Origin: Eledone cirrhosa
Lineage: Eukaryota
Direction: 5' to 3'
Length of the DNA stretch: 64,000 bases
Assembly (NCBI GenBank): GCA_964016885.1
Contig: OZ024758.1
Coordinates: forward strand, 38,626,001-38,690,000
The translations under genes were made by a program, and so were the position numbers. Positions 1 to 17,012 of this stretch are shown in pieces. Numbering within the stretch: position 1 is the first letter of the stretch; each line of letters opens with the position of its first letter. Under the pieces are notes generated by a model, which was given only the letters and a program-made list of their open reading frames with translations, was not told the origin of the DNA and searched no databases.

Positions 1-3000
1 ATTTAAGTCATGGTACTAGCTGTCAGAAGTAACTCCACTGTTGGTGAGAATTCATTTAAGTTCATGGTATTAGCTGTCAGAAGGAACTCTACTGTTGGTG
101 AGAATTCATTTAAGTTCATGGTATTAGCTGTCAGAAGTAACTCCACTGTTGGTGAGAATACATTTAAGTTCATGGTACTAGCTGTCAGAAGTAACTCCAC
201 TGTTGGTGAGAATTCATTTAAGTTCATGGTACTAGCTGTCAGAAGGAACTCCACTGTTGGTGAGAATTCATTTAAGTTCATGGTATTAGCTGTCAGAAGT
301 AACTCCAATGTTGGTGAGAATTCATTTAAGTCATGGTACTAGCTGTCAGAAGTAACTCCACTGTTGGTGAGAATTCATTTAAGTTCATGGTATTAGCTGT
401 CAGAAGCAACTCCACTGTTGGTGAGAATTCATTTAAGTTCATGGTATTAGCTGTCAGAAGTAACTCCACTGTTGGTGAGAATTCATTTAAGTTCATGGTA
501 CTAGCTGTCAGAAGTAACTCCAATGTTGGTGAGAATTCATTTAAGTTCATGGTATTAGCTGTCAGAAGTAACTCCACTGTTGGTGGGAATTCATTTAAGT
601 TCATGGTATTAGCTGTCAGAAGTAACTCCACTGTTGGTGAGAATTCATTTAAGTTCATAGTACTAGCTGTCAGAAGTAACTCCACTGTTGGTGAGAATTC
701 ATTTAAGTTCATGGTATTAGTTGTCAGAAGTAACTCCACTGTTGGTGAGAATTCATTTAAGTTCATGGTACTAGCTGTCAGAAGTAACTCCACTGTTGGT
801 GAGAATTCATTTAAGTTCATGGTACTAGCTGTCAGAAGGAACTCCACTGTTGGTGAGAATTCATTTAAGTTCATGGTATTAGCTGTCAGAAGTAACTCCA
901 CTGTTGGTGAGAATTCATTTAAGTTCATGGTACTAGCTGTCAGAAGTAACTCCAATGTTGGTGAGAATTCATTTAAGTTCATGGTACTAGCTGTCAGAAG
1001 TAACTCCACTGTTGGTGAGAATTCATTTAAGTTCATGGTACTAGCTGTCAGAATTAACTCCACTGTTGGTGAGAATTCATTTAAGTTCATGGTATTAGCT
1101 GTCAGAAGTAACTCCACTGTTGGTGAGAATTCATTTAAGTTCATGGTACTAGCTGTCAGAAGTAACTCCAATGTTGGAGAGAATTCATTTAAGTTCATGG
1201 TATTAGCTGTCAGAAGTAACTCCAATGTTGGTGAGAATTCATTTAAGTTCATGTTACTAGCTGTCAGAAGTAACTCCACTGTTGGTGAGAATTCATTTAA
1301 GTCATGGTATTAGCTGTCAGAAGTAACTCCAATGTTGGTGAGAATTCATTTGAGTCATGGTACTAGCTGTCAGAATTAACTCCAATGTTGGTGAGAATTC
1401 AGTTAAGTTCATGGTATTAGCTGTCAGAAGTAACTCCACTGTTGGTGAGAATTCATTTAAGTCATGGTATTAGCTGTCAGAAGTAACTCCATTGTTGGTG
1501 AGAATTCATTTAAGTCATGGTACTAGCTGTCAGAAGTAACTCCACTGTTGGTGAGAATTCATTTAAGTTCATGGTATTAGCTGTCAGAAGGAACTCTACT
1601 GTTGGTGAGAATTCATTTAAGTTCATGGTATTAGCTGTCAGAAGTAACTCCACTGTTGGTGAGAATACATTTAAGTTCATGGTACTAGCTGTCAGAAGTA
1701 ACTCCACTGTTGGTGAGAATTCATTTAAGTTCATGGTACTAGCTGTCAGAAGGAACTCCACTGTTGGTGAGAATTCATTTAAGTTCATGGTATTAGCTGT
1801 CAGAAGTAACTCCAATGTTGGTGAGAATTCATTTAAGTCATGGTACTAGCTGTCAGAAGTAACTCCACTGTTGGTGAGAATTCATTTAAGTTCATGGTAT
1901 TAGCTGTCAGAAGCAACTCCACTGTTGGTGAGAATTCATTTAAGTTCATGGTATTAGCTGTCAGAAGTAACTCCACTGTTGGTGAGAATTCATTTAAGTT
2001 CATGGTACTAGCTGTCAGAAGTAACTCCAATGTTGGTGAGAATTCATTTAAGTTCATGGTATTAGCTGTCAGAAGTAACTCCACTGTTGGTGAGAATTCA
2101 TTTAAGTTCATGGTATTAGCTGTCAGAAGTAACTCCACTGTTGGTGAGAATTCATTTAAGTTCATGGTACTAGCTGTCAGAAGTAACTCCACTGTTGCTG
2201 AGAATTCATTTAAGTTCATGGTATTAGTTGTCAGAAGTAACTCCACTGTTGGTGAGAATTCATTTAAGTCATGGTATTAGTTGTCAGAAGTAACTCCAAT
2301 GTTGGTGAGAATTCATTTAAGTTCATGTTTCTAGCTGTCAGAAGTAACTCCACTGTTGGTGAGAATTCATTTAAGTTCATGGTATTAGCTGTCAGAAGTA
2401 ACTCCACTGTTGGTGAGAATTCATTTAAGTCATGGTATTAGCTGTCAGAAGTAACTCCAATGTTGGTGAGAATTCATTTAAGTTCATGGTACTAGCTGTC
2501 AGAAGTAACTCCACTGTTGGTGAGAATTCATTTAAGTTCATGGTACTAGCTGTCAGAAGGAACTCCACTGTTGGTGAGAATTCATTTAAGTTCATGGTAT
2601 TAGTTGTCAGAAGTAACTCCACTGTTGGTGAGAATTCATTTAAGTTCATGGTACTAGCTGTCAGAAGTAACTCCACTGTTGGTGAGAATTCATTTAAGTT
2701 CATGGTACTAGCTGTCAGAAGGAACTCCACTGTTGGTGAGAATTCATTTAAGTTCATGGTATTAGCTGTCAGAAGTAACTCCACTGTTGGTGAGAATTCA
2801 TTTAAGTTCATGGTACTAGCTGTCAGAAGTAACTCCAATGTTGGTGAGAATTCATTTAAGTTCATGGTACTAGCTGTCAGAAGTAACTCCACTGTTGGTG
2901 AGAATTCATTTAAGTTCATGGTACTAGCTGTCAGAATTAACTCCACTGTTGGTGAGAATTCATTTAAGTTCATGGTATTAGCTGTCAGAAGTAACTCCAC

Positions 3001-3170
3001 TGTTGGTGAGAATTCATTTAAGTTCATGGTACTAGCTGTCAGAAGTAACTCCAATGTTGGAGAGAATTCATTTAAGTTCATGGTATTAGCTGTCAGAAGT
3101 AACTCCAATGTTGGTGAGAATTCATTTAAGTTCATGTTACTAGCTGTCAGAAGTAACTCCACTGTTGGTG
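1..3170. repeat. 54-bp minisatellite array (~58 units, runs off the window start)
   Basis: Unit TTCATGGTA(C/T)TAGCTGTCAGAAGTAACTCCACTGTTGGTGAGAATTCATTTAAG, with occasional 53-bp variants. It explains the 18-aa periodic ORFs on both strands. Confidence 0.97.
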
Positions 3171-3762
3171 GAAATGACTTGTTTTCTACATTGATAACCA
3201 TGACTATGAAAATATGATTAAATCCAATTTATTTGATAACCATGACTTGTTTTCTAATTAACTTAAATTTGTTTTCTAATTTGGCCCTTTTAAGGGCCAC
3301 CGATAATTTCATTTAAGTAACTCCACTTACATCGATATGCTTTAATAAAAAATATTAAAAAACGTGTGAAAAAAAAAAATTTCATTTATTTAACTCCACT
3401 TTCGCGTGGTAGTAATACGGAAATAAATGATGTTTTGCTTTAAACGACTGCTTTCGACTGACAGCGTTGTAGTGCCAAATTTTATTGATTCAGTAGTTTC
3501 ATTTTCATATTCATAATTAAAATTTCATTTGTGACATTTGAACTCAATACTTGATCGATCATCCTGTAGAGATGAGTTGCCCGGGACAGACAGTTGAGAG
3601 AGATGGATCTAAATTTATGTATAGGAAACATGATGGTAGAAGTTTAGGGTTTCTCTGTAGGACCAGGTACTCGTATTGTAACCGATAGCAGTCATAGCCT
3701 CCCGTACCATGGTAAACCATAGTTACAACTTTGTCGACCTCAAACACCCCACATCATCATCA

Positions 3763-4560
3763 TCATCATCATCATCAGGTTTAGCGTCCGTGTTCCACGC
3801 TTGCATGGGTTTGGACGGGGGTTTTCCCACTTGAGGCAAGAGTGGTTGTCTTGCTCGCATAGGACTGTCTGGCGGGTTTTCTACGGCTGGATGCCCTTCC
3901 TAACACCAACCACATTTACAGTGTGGGGCTGGGAGGTTTTTACCGTGTTACCTACACGGCCACATTACAGCGTGGACTGTCTGGCGGGTTTTCTACAGCT
4001 GGATGCCCTTCCTAACACCAACCACATTTACAGTGTGGGGCTGGGAGGTTTCTACCGTGTTGCCTACACGGCCACATTACAGCGTGGACTGTCTGGCAGG
4101 TTTTCTACAGCTGGATGCCCTTCCTAACACCAACCACATTTACAGTGTGGGGCTGGGAGGTTTTTACCGTGTTGCCTACACGGCCACATTACAGCGTGGA
4201 CTGTCTGGCGGGTTTTCTACAGCTGGATGCCCTTCCTAACACCAACCACATTTACAGTGTGGGGCTGGGAGGTTTTTACCGTGTTGCCTACACGGCCACA
4301 TTACAGCGTGGACTGTCTGGCGGGTTTTCTACAGCTGGATGCCCTTCCTAACACGAACCACATTTACAGTGTGGGGCTGGGAGGTTTTTACCGTGTTGCC
4401 TACACGGCCACATTACAGCGTGGACTGTCTGGCGGGTTTTCTACAGCTGGATGCCCTCCCTAACACCAACCACATTTACAGTGTGGGGCTGGGTGGTTTT
4501 TACCGTGTTGCCTACACAGCCACATTTACAGCGTGGACTCTGTGTTTTTTTTTGTCGTGA
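3763..4560 (-). mobile_element. RTE-type LINE/SINE 3' end with an internal 112-bp tandem amplification (~6 units)
   Basis: (CAT)n tail at 3763-3778. GGATGCCCTTCCTAACACCAACC is the reverse complement of the RTE 3' UTR at ~37920-37945. ORF starts recur every 112 bp (4003, 4115, 4227, 4339, 4451). Confidence 0.8.
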
Positions 4561-4740
4561 CACCTACACGATCTCATTTATCCACAGAAACCCTGTGGAG
4601 GGCAGCTGGGGGCTTTACAAAGTGAAATTCTGAACCGTGAGACGAACAAACGATGCACTTTTTGGCACTTGCGTTGTGGAAATCCTTTGGTGCCAAGCTA
4701 TTGAAGAAAACATCTTCAGTAATATTATAGATACAACATA

Positions 4741-4925
4741 GGGCGGTGGATTGGCAGTATCGGTAGAGGGTCGGACGCCATGCTTTCCAGCATAGTTACG
4801 TCCCTTTACGATCTGAGTTCAAATCCCGCCGAGGTTGACTTTGCCTTTCATCTTTACGGGGTCGATAAAATAAAGTACCAGTAATGCACTGGGTAATTGC
4901 TGGCCTTGTGCCTAAAGTAGAAACA
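4741..4925 (+). mobile_element. tRNA-derived SINE (family 1), full length with TSD
   Basis: A-box-like TGGCAGTATCGG, B-box GAGTTCAAATCC, body GCCTTTCATC..GGGGTCGATAAAATAAAGTACCAG. 16-bp direct repeat ATTATAGATACAACAT at 4724-4739 and 4926-4941. Many copies in the window. Confidence 0.9.
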
Positions 4926-5085
4926 ATTATAGATACAACATTATTATGATGTATAATAGATACTTTGGAATATTAGAATTGAGGTTTCTTATTTACTTTT
5001 CAGCTTATTTAGAAAAATAAAAAATAATTTAACGTGGGAAAGTTGAAGATAACCAAATATAGACCACGTATATGTATATATATAT

Positions 5086-6290
5086 CTAGGGTGGGTAAAA
5101 TTCCCGAGATCCATGGACGAGTTCTCTCCAGCGGTCTCTGTCCCTCATTATCGCTGCCATGCCTTGCGTCTCCAACAGACCAGTGTCTGTCCTTAGGGCA
5201 TCAACATACGTTAACCTTGGTCTTCCTCTTCCTGTGTGTCCATGTAGGGGCTCCCACAGGAACACTGAGTGCAATGTCAACTCTGGATGCCGGTGAGCAT
5301 GTCCAGCTAACCTCAGTCTCCCTCTTCCAGTGTGTCTATGTAGGGGCTCCCAAAGGAGCACTGAATGCAATGTAAACTCTGGATCTCGGTGAGCATGTCC
5401 AGTTAACCTCAGTCTTCCTCTTCCAGTGTGTCCATGTAGGGGCTCCCACAGGAGCACTGAATGCAGTGTTACCTCTGGATGTCGGTGAGCATGTCCAGCT
5501 AACCTCAGTCTCCCTCTTCCAGTGTGTCCATGCAGGGGCTCCCACAGTAGCACTGAGTGCAGTGTCAACTCTGGATGTCGGTGAGCATGTCCAGCTAACC
5601 TCAGTCTCCCTTTTCTAGTGTGTCCATGTAGAGGCTCCCACAGGAGCACTGAATGCAGTGTTACCTCTGGATGTCAGTGAGCATGTCCAGCTAACCTCAG
5701 TCTCCCTCTTCCAGTGTGTCCATGTAGGGGCTCCCACAGGAACACTGAGTGCAATGTCAACTCTAGATGTCGGTGAGCATGTCCAGCTAACCTCAGTCTC
5801 CCTCTTCCAGTGTGTCCATGTAGGGGCTCCCACAGGAGCACTGAGTGCAGTGTCAACTCTGGATGTCGGTGAGCATGTCCAGCTAACCTCAGTCTCCCTT
5901 TTCTAGTGTGTCCATGTAGGGGCTCCCACAGGAGCACTGAATGCAGTGTTACCTCTGGATGTCGGTGAGCATGTCCAGCTAACCTCAGTCTCCCTCTTCC
6001 AGTGTGTCCATGCAGGGGCTCCCACAGGAACACTGAGTGCAATGTCAACTCTAGATGTCGGTGAGCATGTCCAGCTAACCTCAGTCTCCCTCTTCCAGTG
6101 TGTCCATGCTGGGGCTCCCACAGGAGCACTGAGTGCAGTGTCAACTCTGGATGTCGGTGAGCATGTCCAGCTAACCTCAGTCTCTTTTGTGTCACTTTTG
6201 AGCTGACTTTTGGGATGCTCCCGTACAGCTCTGAGTTTTTCATCCTCAGTGTATACTGATTAATGTTCAGAGACATCCTCACCATTCTCA
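5086..6290 (-). mobile_element. RTE-like LINE ORF C-terminal fragment containing a 96-bp tandem array (~10 units)
   Basis: Translation ELYGSIPKVSSKVTQKRLRLAGHAHRHPE..VLLWEP.HG..GRGRPRLTYVD..MRDRDRWR matches the RTE C-terminal pattern. A 32-aa unit is repeated at ~5225-6185. An unamplified fragment lies at 38198-38385. Confidence 0.85.
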
Positions 6291-6296
6291 TGTGTG

Positions 6297-6327
<31 letters not shown>

Positions 6328-6542
6328 CTATATTATAACAGAGAAAGCAAGCTTCGCTAACATCAATTTTTTGTACATGGATGTCATAAAGATCTTTCTG
6401 TGTGTGTGTTGTGTGCTCAGTTTGCGCATGCGCCACATCCGGGTGTCTGTGTGTGTTTGTGTTCATTTATCTATTTGTTTATTTATTTACATGTTGTTGG
6501 TTGGTTGTTTGTTCTATGTGTGTGTGTGTTTTCATTTTGTCC

Positions 6543-6990
6543 TTAATTGTAAGTTGTGATGATGCTGTTCCACTCATATTTTCTATTTAATTTTGGTTGT
6601 AATTCTTTTATGTTTATTGCCTCTGTAATTTGTCTAAACATTGCATCTTTTCTGTGTGTAGATTCTATTTTTATTTCTATGTTCTCTAATTTACCCTTGT
6701 GTTCTATCTTAGCATGTTGGTAGAGTACAGATGATTCTTTATTATCTTGAAGGTCTCGCCAGTGTTCATTTATCCGTTCCCCTATACTACGAGCTGTCTC
6801 ACCTATGTACACTATATTTTTGTTTCTACATTGTCCTTCAGTACATCTTATGCTATACACTACATTTCTAGTTTTACAGTTAATATGGGGGCTTATTTTA
6901 CAGGTTATACATTTCTTATCTATACATGAGGGTCTTTGGAACGGGTATGTCTTGCTAATAAGTGTTTTTACGGAGGTACGGAGGTACCAG
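6543..6990 (-). mobile_element. Penelope-like element GIY-YIG endonuclease remnant (Neptune-like Cys-rich linker)
   Basis: CITC..NCKTRNVVYSIRC..C..VYIGET.RSIGERINEH..LYQH..RQITEAINIKELQPKLN gives VVY/YIG motifs plus the conserved Arg, His, Glu and Asn. 5'-truncated at a fold-back. Confidence 0.88.
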
Positions 6991-7074
6991 GTACCTCCGT
7001 AAAAACACTTATTAGCAAAACACTTATTAGCAAGACATACCCGTTCCAAAGACCCTCATGTATAGATAAGAAAT
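6911..7074. repeat. Fold-back palindrome at the 5' truncation point of the PLE endonuclease
   Basis: ATTTCTTATCTATACATGAGGGTCTTTGGAACGGGTATGTCTTGCTAATAAGTGTTTT.. is followed by its reverse complement, with small slippage duplications near the centre. Confidence 0.92.
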
Positions 7075-7552
7075 TAAGGCAATCCTGTGTCGTGTGCTAA
7101 GGGTGCACGCGAGTAAAAGTCCGAATAAGGGGAGTAAAAAGTACATGGATGTATAGAGGTAGAGTACGTGGAAAGACATTAATACAGCAAACAAAGATGT
7201 GAAGATATAGATAAACAAACAATAGTCGTTGTCTAGTAAATGTAGAGTTCAAGACGCAGGAGAAATACAATATAGTTCAGGTTGCGGTATTTATGTTCCC
7301 AGGGGGAGATATTCCAGTGACGTGTGCTAAGGGCACACGCGAGTAAAAGTCCGAATAAGGGAAGTAGAAAGTACTTATGCTCCCATCCCTTTTTGTTTTC
7401 ATTTATCTGACCGGTAGTAGCATACTATAAAATTTAGCCACGTCACTCCAGGGCGACCGGCTGAGGTTGAAGGAACAGAATAGCGGTCGCCCTCGGGTCT
7501 CGATTTTCAGCCCCATGGATTTTACCTATTACATTCACGTATTATATTTCGA

Positions 7553-7610
7553 ATACCTGATGATATCACCGGATTCATACGGAACCCGGTCATTGAAATG
7601 ATCATAGTAT
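7553..7610 (+). ncRNA. Type I hammerhead ribozyme, family A
   Basis: ATAC-CTGATGA(7557-7563)-stem II ACCGG..CCGGT-GAAA(7595-7598)-TGATCA-TA-GTAT. Palindromic stem III; predicted cut after 7606. Confidence 0.72.
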
Positions 7611-7794
7611 AATAAACCTTTCAAGGATTTACACAAATCCAGCCTCCTGTCATTTCATTATAATATTTAACTCCGTAAAACAAAGACAGTTGAACTGCTT
7701 CACGTTGAGTACTCTCTATATTATTGCATTACGATTGACCATACGGAATAGACCAGCTCTATACAGTGGTGAACCTCATACCTGAATAAATATA

Positions 7795-7868
<74 letters not shown>

Positions 7869-7985
7869 ATGTAGGAGGTGAGTTTTATAAAGCAATGCAG
7901 ATATCGGTTAAGAAGCACTCTACAGTTTGTAGGACTGGAGTATACATAATATAAGATCAAAAGATGGTTAAAGGAGTTCCATGTA

Positions 7986-8052
7986 TTTTATTATGCGCAT
8001 TTCAAAAACAAACATCATCATGCAATAATATTTGTGTTTTCATCAGATAAAA
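7986..8052 (-). ncRNA. Type I hammerhead ribozyme, family B (left arm of palindrome)
   Basis: Reverse complement of the motif at 8180-8246. Confidence 0.82.
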
Positions 8053-8179
8053 CAGGAGAACATGATATGAAGACTAAAAAACACTTGTGGATAGTGCAGT
8101 TTTAAATCAACATATGATATGTTGATTTAAAACTGCACTATCCACAAGTGTTTTTTAGCCTTCATATCATGTTCTCCTG

Positions 8180-8246
8180 TTTTATCTGATGAAAACACAA
8201 ATATTATTGCATGATGATGTTTGTTTTTGAAATGCGCATAATAAAA
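8180..8246 (+). ncRNA. Type I hammerhead ribozyme, family B
   Basis: TTTTAT-CTGATGA-AAACACAAATATTATTGCATGATGATGTTTGTTTTT-GAAA-TGCGCA-TA-ATAAAA. Stem II pairs with G-U wobbles; palindromic stem III; predicted cut after 8240. Confidence 0.85.
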
Positions 8247-8278
8247 TACATGGAACTCCTTTAACCATCTTTTGATCT

Positions 8279-9103
<825 letters not shown>

Positions 9104-9239
9104 TTTTGAATTTATGTTGGTTGTATACCAACACCTCAGTATGCAGGCTGGAGCACTCAACGAAGGTTTGGTTACTCCGAAGTAGTGGAAAATAAAGTTA
9201 AATAAAGGGTCAAATGATTAAAATTTAGCTTCGTTTATT

Positions 9240-9294
9240 ATTGCTATATATATTTCAGTGACAGCCATCTTTGGCTGTGACCTCTTCAGGCAGT
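9240..9294 (-). ncRNA. Type I hammerhead ribozyme, family C (left arm of palindrome)
   Basis: Reverse complement of 9342-9396 with one change in stem I. Confidence 0.8.
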
Positions 9295-9341
9295 TTGAAT
9301 TAGTATGGTATAGACAACTTGTCTATACCATACTAATTCAA

Positions 9342-9396
9342 ACTGCCTGAAGAGGTCACAGCCAAAGATGGCTGTCACTGAAATATATATAGCAGT
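9342..9396 (+). ncRNA. Type I hammerhead ribozyme, family C
   Basis: ACTGC-CTGAAGA-GGTCACAGCCA.AAGA.TGGCTGTCACT-GAAA-TATATA-TA-GCAGT. Perfect 5-bp stem I; predicted cut after 9391. Confidence 0.87.
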
Positions 9397-9447
9397 AATA
9401 AACGAAGCTAAATTTTAATCATTTGACTTTTATTTAACTTTATTTTA

Positions 9448-13340
<3,893 letters not shown>

Positions 13341-13381
13341 TAATAAATAAATAACAAAGAACGCTTATAGCATATGCATAT

Positions 13382-13439
13382 CTTTACTTGCTAACATTGT
13401 TTCATCCACACTATAAGTGGGACTCATCAGAGCATAAAG
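13382..13439 (-). ncRNA. Type I hammerhead ribozyme, family D (left inverted terminal repeat)
   Basis: Reverse complement of 15431-15488, within a ~113-bp inverted repeat (13340-13453 vs 15417-15530). Confidence 0.8.
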
Positions 13440-14104
13440 GTTAATTACATACCATACAAGCAATAACAAATCCAAGACATTGAAGAATGAAAGGTAATAA
13501 TAGACGATAGAGGATAAGAATAAAAAAATAAAAAATAAAAGTAAAATAAAAATAAAAATAAAAATAAGGGGTGCTATCTGTCACAGTTGGGCGGTGTGCT
13601 GTCAACATATAGTTACATACAAGCATACACATGGATAAGAGAACAGACAAGAGTAGACACATGGATAAGAGAACAGACAAGAGTAGATAAGATAATGGGA
13701 TTAGGTAAGAGTAGGTAAAAAATAGGTAAAAAATAGGTAAAAAACAGACTTATAATATATATAAAAAGAAATACAAAGAAATACATAACAAACTTACATA
13801 TAAAATATAAAATATAGGGTAAGGAATGAGATAAAATAATATACAATTAAAAATTAAAAATTATATACATAGAACATAATATAGTATAATCGTAAAATAA
13901 GATAAAATAAGGTAAACTAAAATCAAATAACATAGACTAAATTAACATTAAAATCAAATGTGTAATTATAATTATATGTATAATTAAATGTAATTAAATG
14001 TAATTAAATAAATAAATAAAGAAATAAATAAATAAAAATTAAATAAATAAATAAAATTTAAATTTAAATTTTAAAATTTTAAAATTAAAATCTAAATTTA
14101 AATA

Positions 14105-14171
<67 letters not shown>

Positions 14172-14284
14172 ATGGAGTCAAGTAAGTAAATAAATAAAAT
14201 TAGATAACATGAAATGAAATAAAATAAAATGAAATAAAGTAAATTGAGATAAGATATATATTTTTTTAGAATATATCTCTTGAA

Positions 14285-14645
14285 TATATCAGGGGCCCAC
14301 GAAGGCACTAAATGTCACAGTTATGTGTATCACTTGACCAATTTTTCAAAACATATTTCTTGAAAACATCAGGGGCCCACGAAGGCACTAAGTGTCACAG
14401 TCACCAGTATCACTTGACCATTGCAAGGCAATGGAGGCGTCCCAGGTTGGGCAGTCTCGAAAGTTCACTCGAAAGTCATGGGTGTGCATTCACACAGTTG
14501 AGCGGTGGGGTAATCACAAACCGGTTCACACACCAATTTTTTTTAAAACACATTTCTTGAAAACATCAGGGGCCCACGAAGGCGCTAAGTGTCACAGTCA
14601 CCAGTATCACTCGAGCGGTGGGGTAATCACAAACCGGTTCAACAC
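14285..14645. repeat. Three partial direct repeats of a GC-richer motif
   Basis: ATCAGGGGCCCACGAAGGC(A/G)CTAA(A/G)TGTCACAGT at ~14288, ~14368 and ~14565. GAGCGGTGGGGTAATCACAAACCGGTTCA occurs twice. Confidence 0.85.
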
Positions 14646-15430
14646 GGGCAGGAGTCAAATGGTCAGAGAGGTGCATCAAAGGAGGTAGAAGAATTCACAT
14701 GCATTAGCAAGCGTGGGGTTAAAGCAAGCAGATACAGTTGTAGCGCATACAAAATATAAAAAGATAGCTTCAAGAGCCATTAAGTCACCGCATTGGGACA
14801 TCACAAGATTATACACATCAATATGTTCAGTACGTATATGCACGTATACACACCACATGCACATGCAGAGACGGTATACATATATATATATATATATTTT
14901 TTTATATATACACACAGACACATATAACCACCTACACCCATACACATATAAATGTATACACGGGCACACACGCACACACACACAGCGTAGGACACCCGGG
15001 TCAAAGCCGATATTAAATACGATATTAAATACAATATTAAATATTAAACACCGAAATACCACATTAGATGAGACCCACCACCACAGGTAATATATTCAAA
15101 ACAAATACATACGATGAGATGTATTAAAATAAAGTTGAAATCCTACGGAGATATTCATGTCTGCACGTGCCATTGACCGATTCGAGTGTACACAGACCGT
15201 TAGTAACTACGGAGGGCCATCGGGGCCAAAACGTTACTTTCGGGATCATAAAAACGACCGTCAATATAAGGAAGGCCGATCGTGCTAGAAAGACTACAAC
15301 CCCGGGTAAGAGTTCCCAGAGGTCAGCCTGTAGATCTTGAACCACAGAATATGAGGGCAACACATATATGCGCCACGTATCCACTGCTTACGGCAGGATG
15401 GCACGGGTCCGCCACAGGTATGTAATTAAC

Positions 15431-15488
15431 CTTTATGCTCTGATGAGTCCCACTTATAGTGTGGATGAAACAATGTTAGCAAATAAAG
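15431..15488 (+). ncRNA. Type I hammerhead ribozyme, family D
   Basis: CTTTATGCT-CTGATGA-GTCCCAC.TTATA.GTGTGGAT-GAAA-CAATG-TT-AGCAAATAAAG. GUU triplet; predicted cut after 15477. Confidence 0.83.
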
Positions 15489-15527
15489 ATATGCATATGC
15501 TATAAGCGTTCTTTGTTATTTACTTAT

Positions 15528-15558
<31 letters not shown>

Positions 15559-15686
15559 TCACATCTACATACATATATATATATAAATACACTCATATAT
15601 ATACACACATACACATACATACCCACATATAAATATATATATATATATATAAATATATATATATACACACATACACACATACACAT

Positions 15687-15771
<85 letters not shown>

Positions 15772-15869
15772 TACACATATACACATATACATATATACAC
15801 ACACACACACACCTACACATACATACAGATACACGTATATAAAGATATATATACACACACACACATATA

Positions 15870-15904
<35 letters not shown>

Positions 15905-15913
15905 CATATATAC

Positions 15914-15944
<31 letters not shown>

Positions 15945-16202
15945 CACACATATACATACACACATACACACATACATACATACACACACACATACATACA
16001 CACACATACATACTCATACATAGACATAGATATATACTCACACACACATACGCACTTACATATACGCATATATACAAATACATACACATCCATATATGCG
16101 TATATACATACAAACACCACTACACGCTCACACAACTCAGACATACAAAGAAAAAGGTATATACATACACATATATACACATATAAATAGAGATACATAT
16201 AC

Positions 16203-16233
<31 letters not shown>

Positions 16234-16302
16234 CACACACGTACACACATAAACACACATACATACACACATACATATATATATATATACACACACACAA
16301 AG

Positions 16303-16377
<75 letters not shown>

Positions 16378-16649
16378 CACATACATATATATACACATGC
16401 ACACACATACATACATGCATACATACACATACACATACATATATATAAAAAAATAAAGAAATAAGATAAATAAAAAAATAAATAAATTAATACACACAGT
16501 CAGACAAATATGCACACACATACATATACATATATGTATATATATATATATACACACACACATATACACACACACATACATACATATATACATACATACA
16601 CACACACATATATATACATACATATACACACATCAACTACAAATATATA

Positions 16650-16682
<33 letters not shown>

Positions 16683-16729
16683 TACATATTTTCATATATA
16701 TATATATACATATATATATTATAATAATA

Positions 16730-16764
<35 letters not shown>

Positions 16765-16971
16765 TACATATATATACACACACACTCACATATATATGCG
16801 CACATACGTACACATATACACATACACACATATACACATAGACATATACATGTGCATACATGTACATACACACATATACCCACATAGATACAAAGATACA
16901 CATATATATAGAGAGACATACATATACACACACATATATACACACACATATATACACACATATATATACAT

Positions 16972-17012
<41 letters not shown>

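Noticed and set aside
3-3217. Long 18-aa-repeat ORFs on both strands
   Set aside because: A by-product of a 54-bp unit lacking stops in those frames; 53-bp variants break frame freely, and there is no splice or start context.
3559-3747. Possible upstream exon of the EGF gene
   Set aside because: No recognisable domain or convincing splice-site pair.
4741-4835. tRNA gene
   Set aside because: A and B boxes are present but no full cloverleaf; it continues into a SINE body with a TSD.
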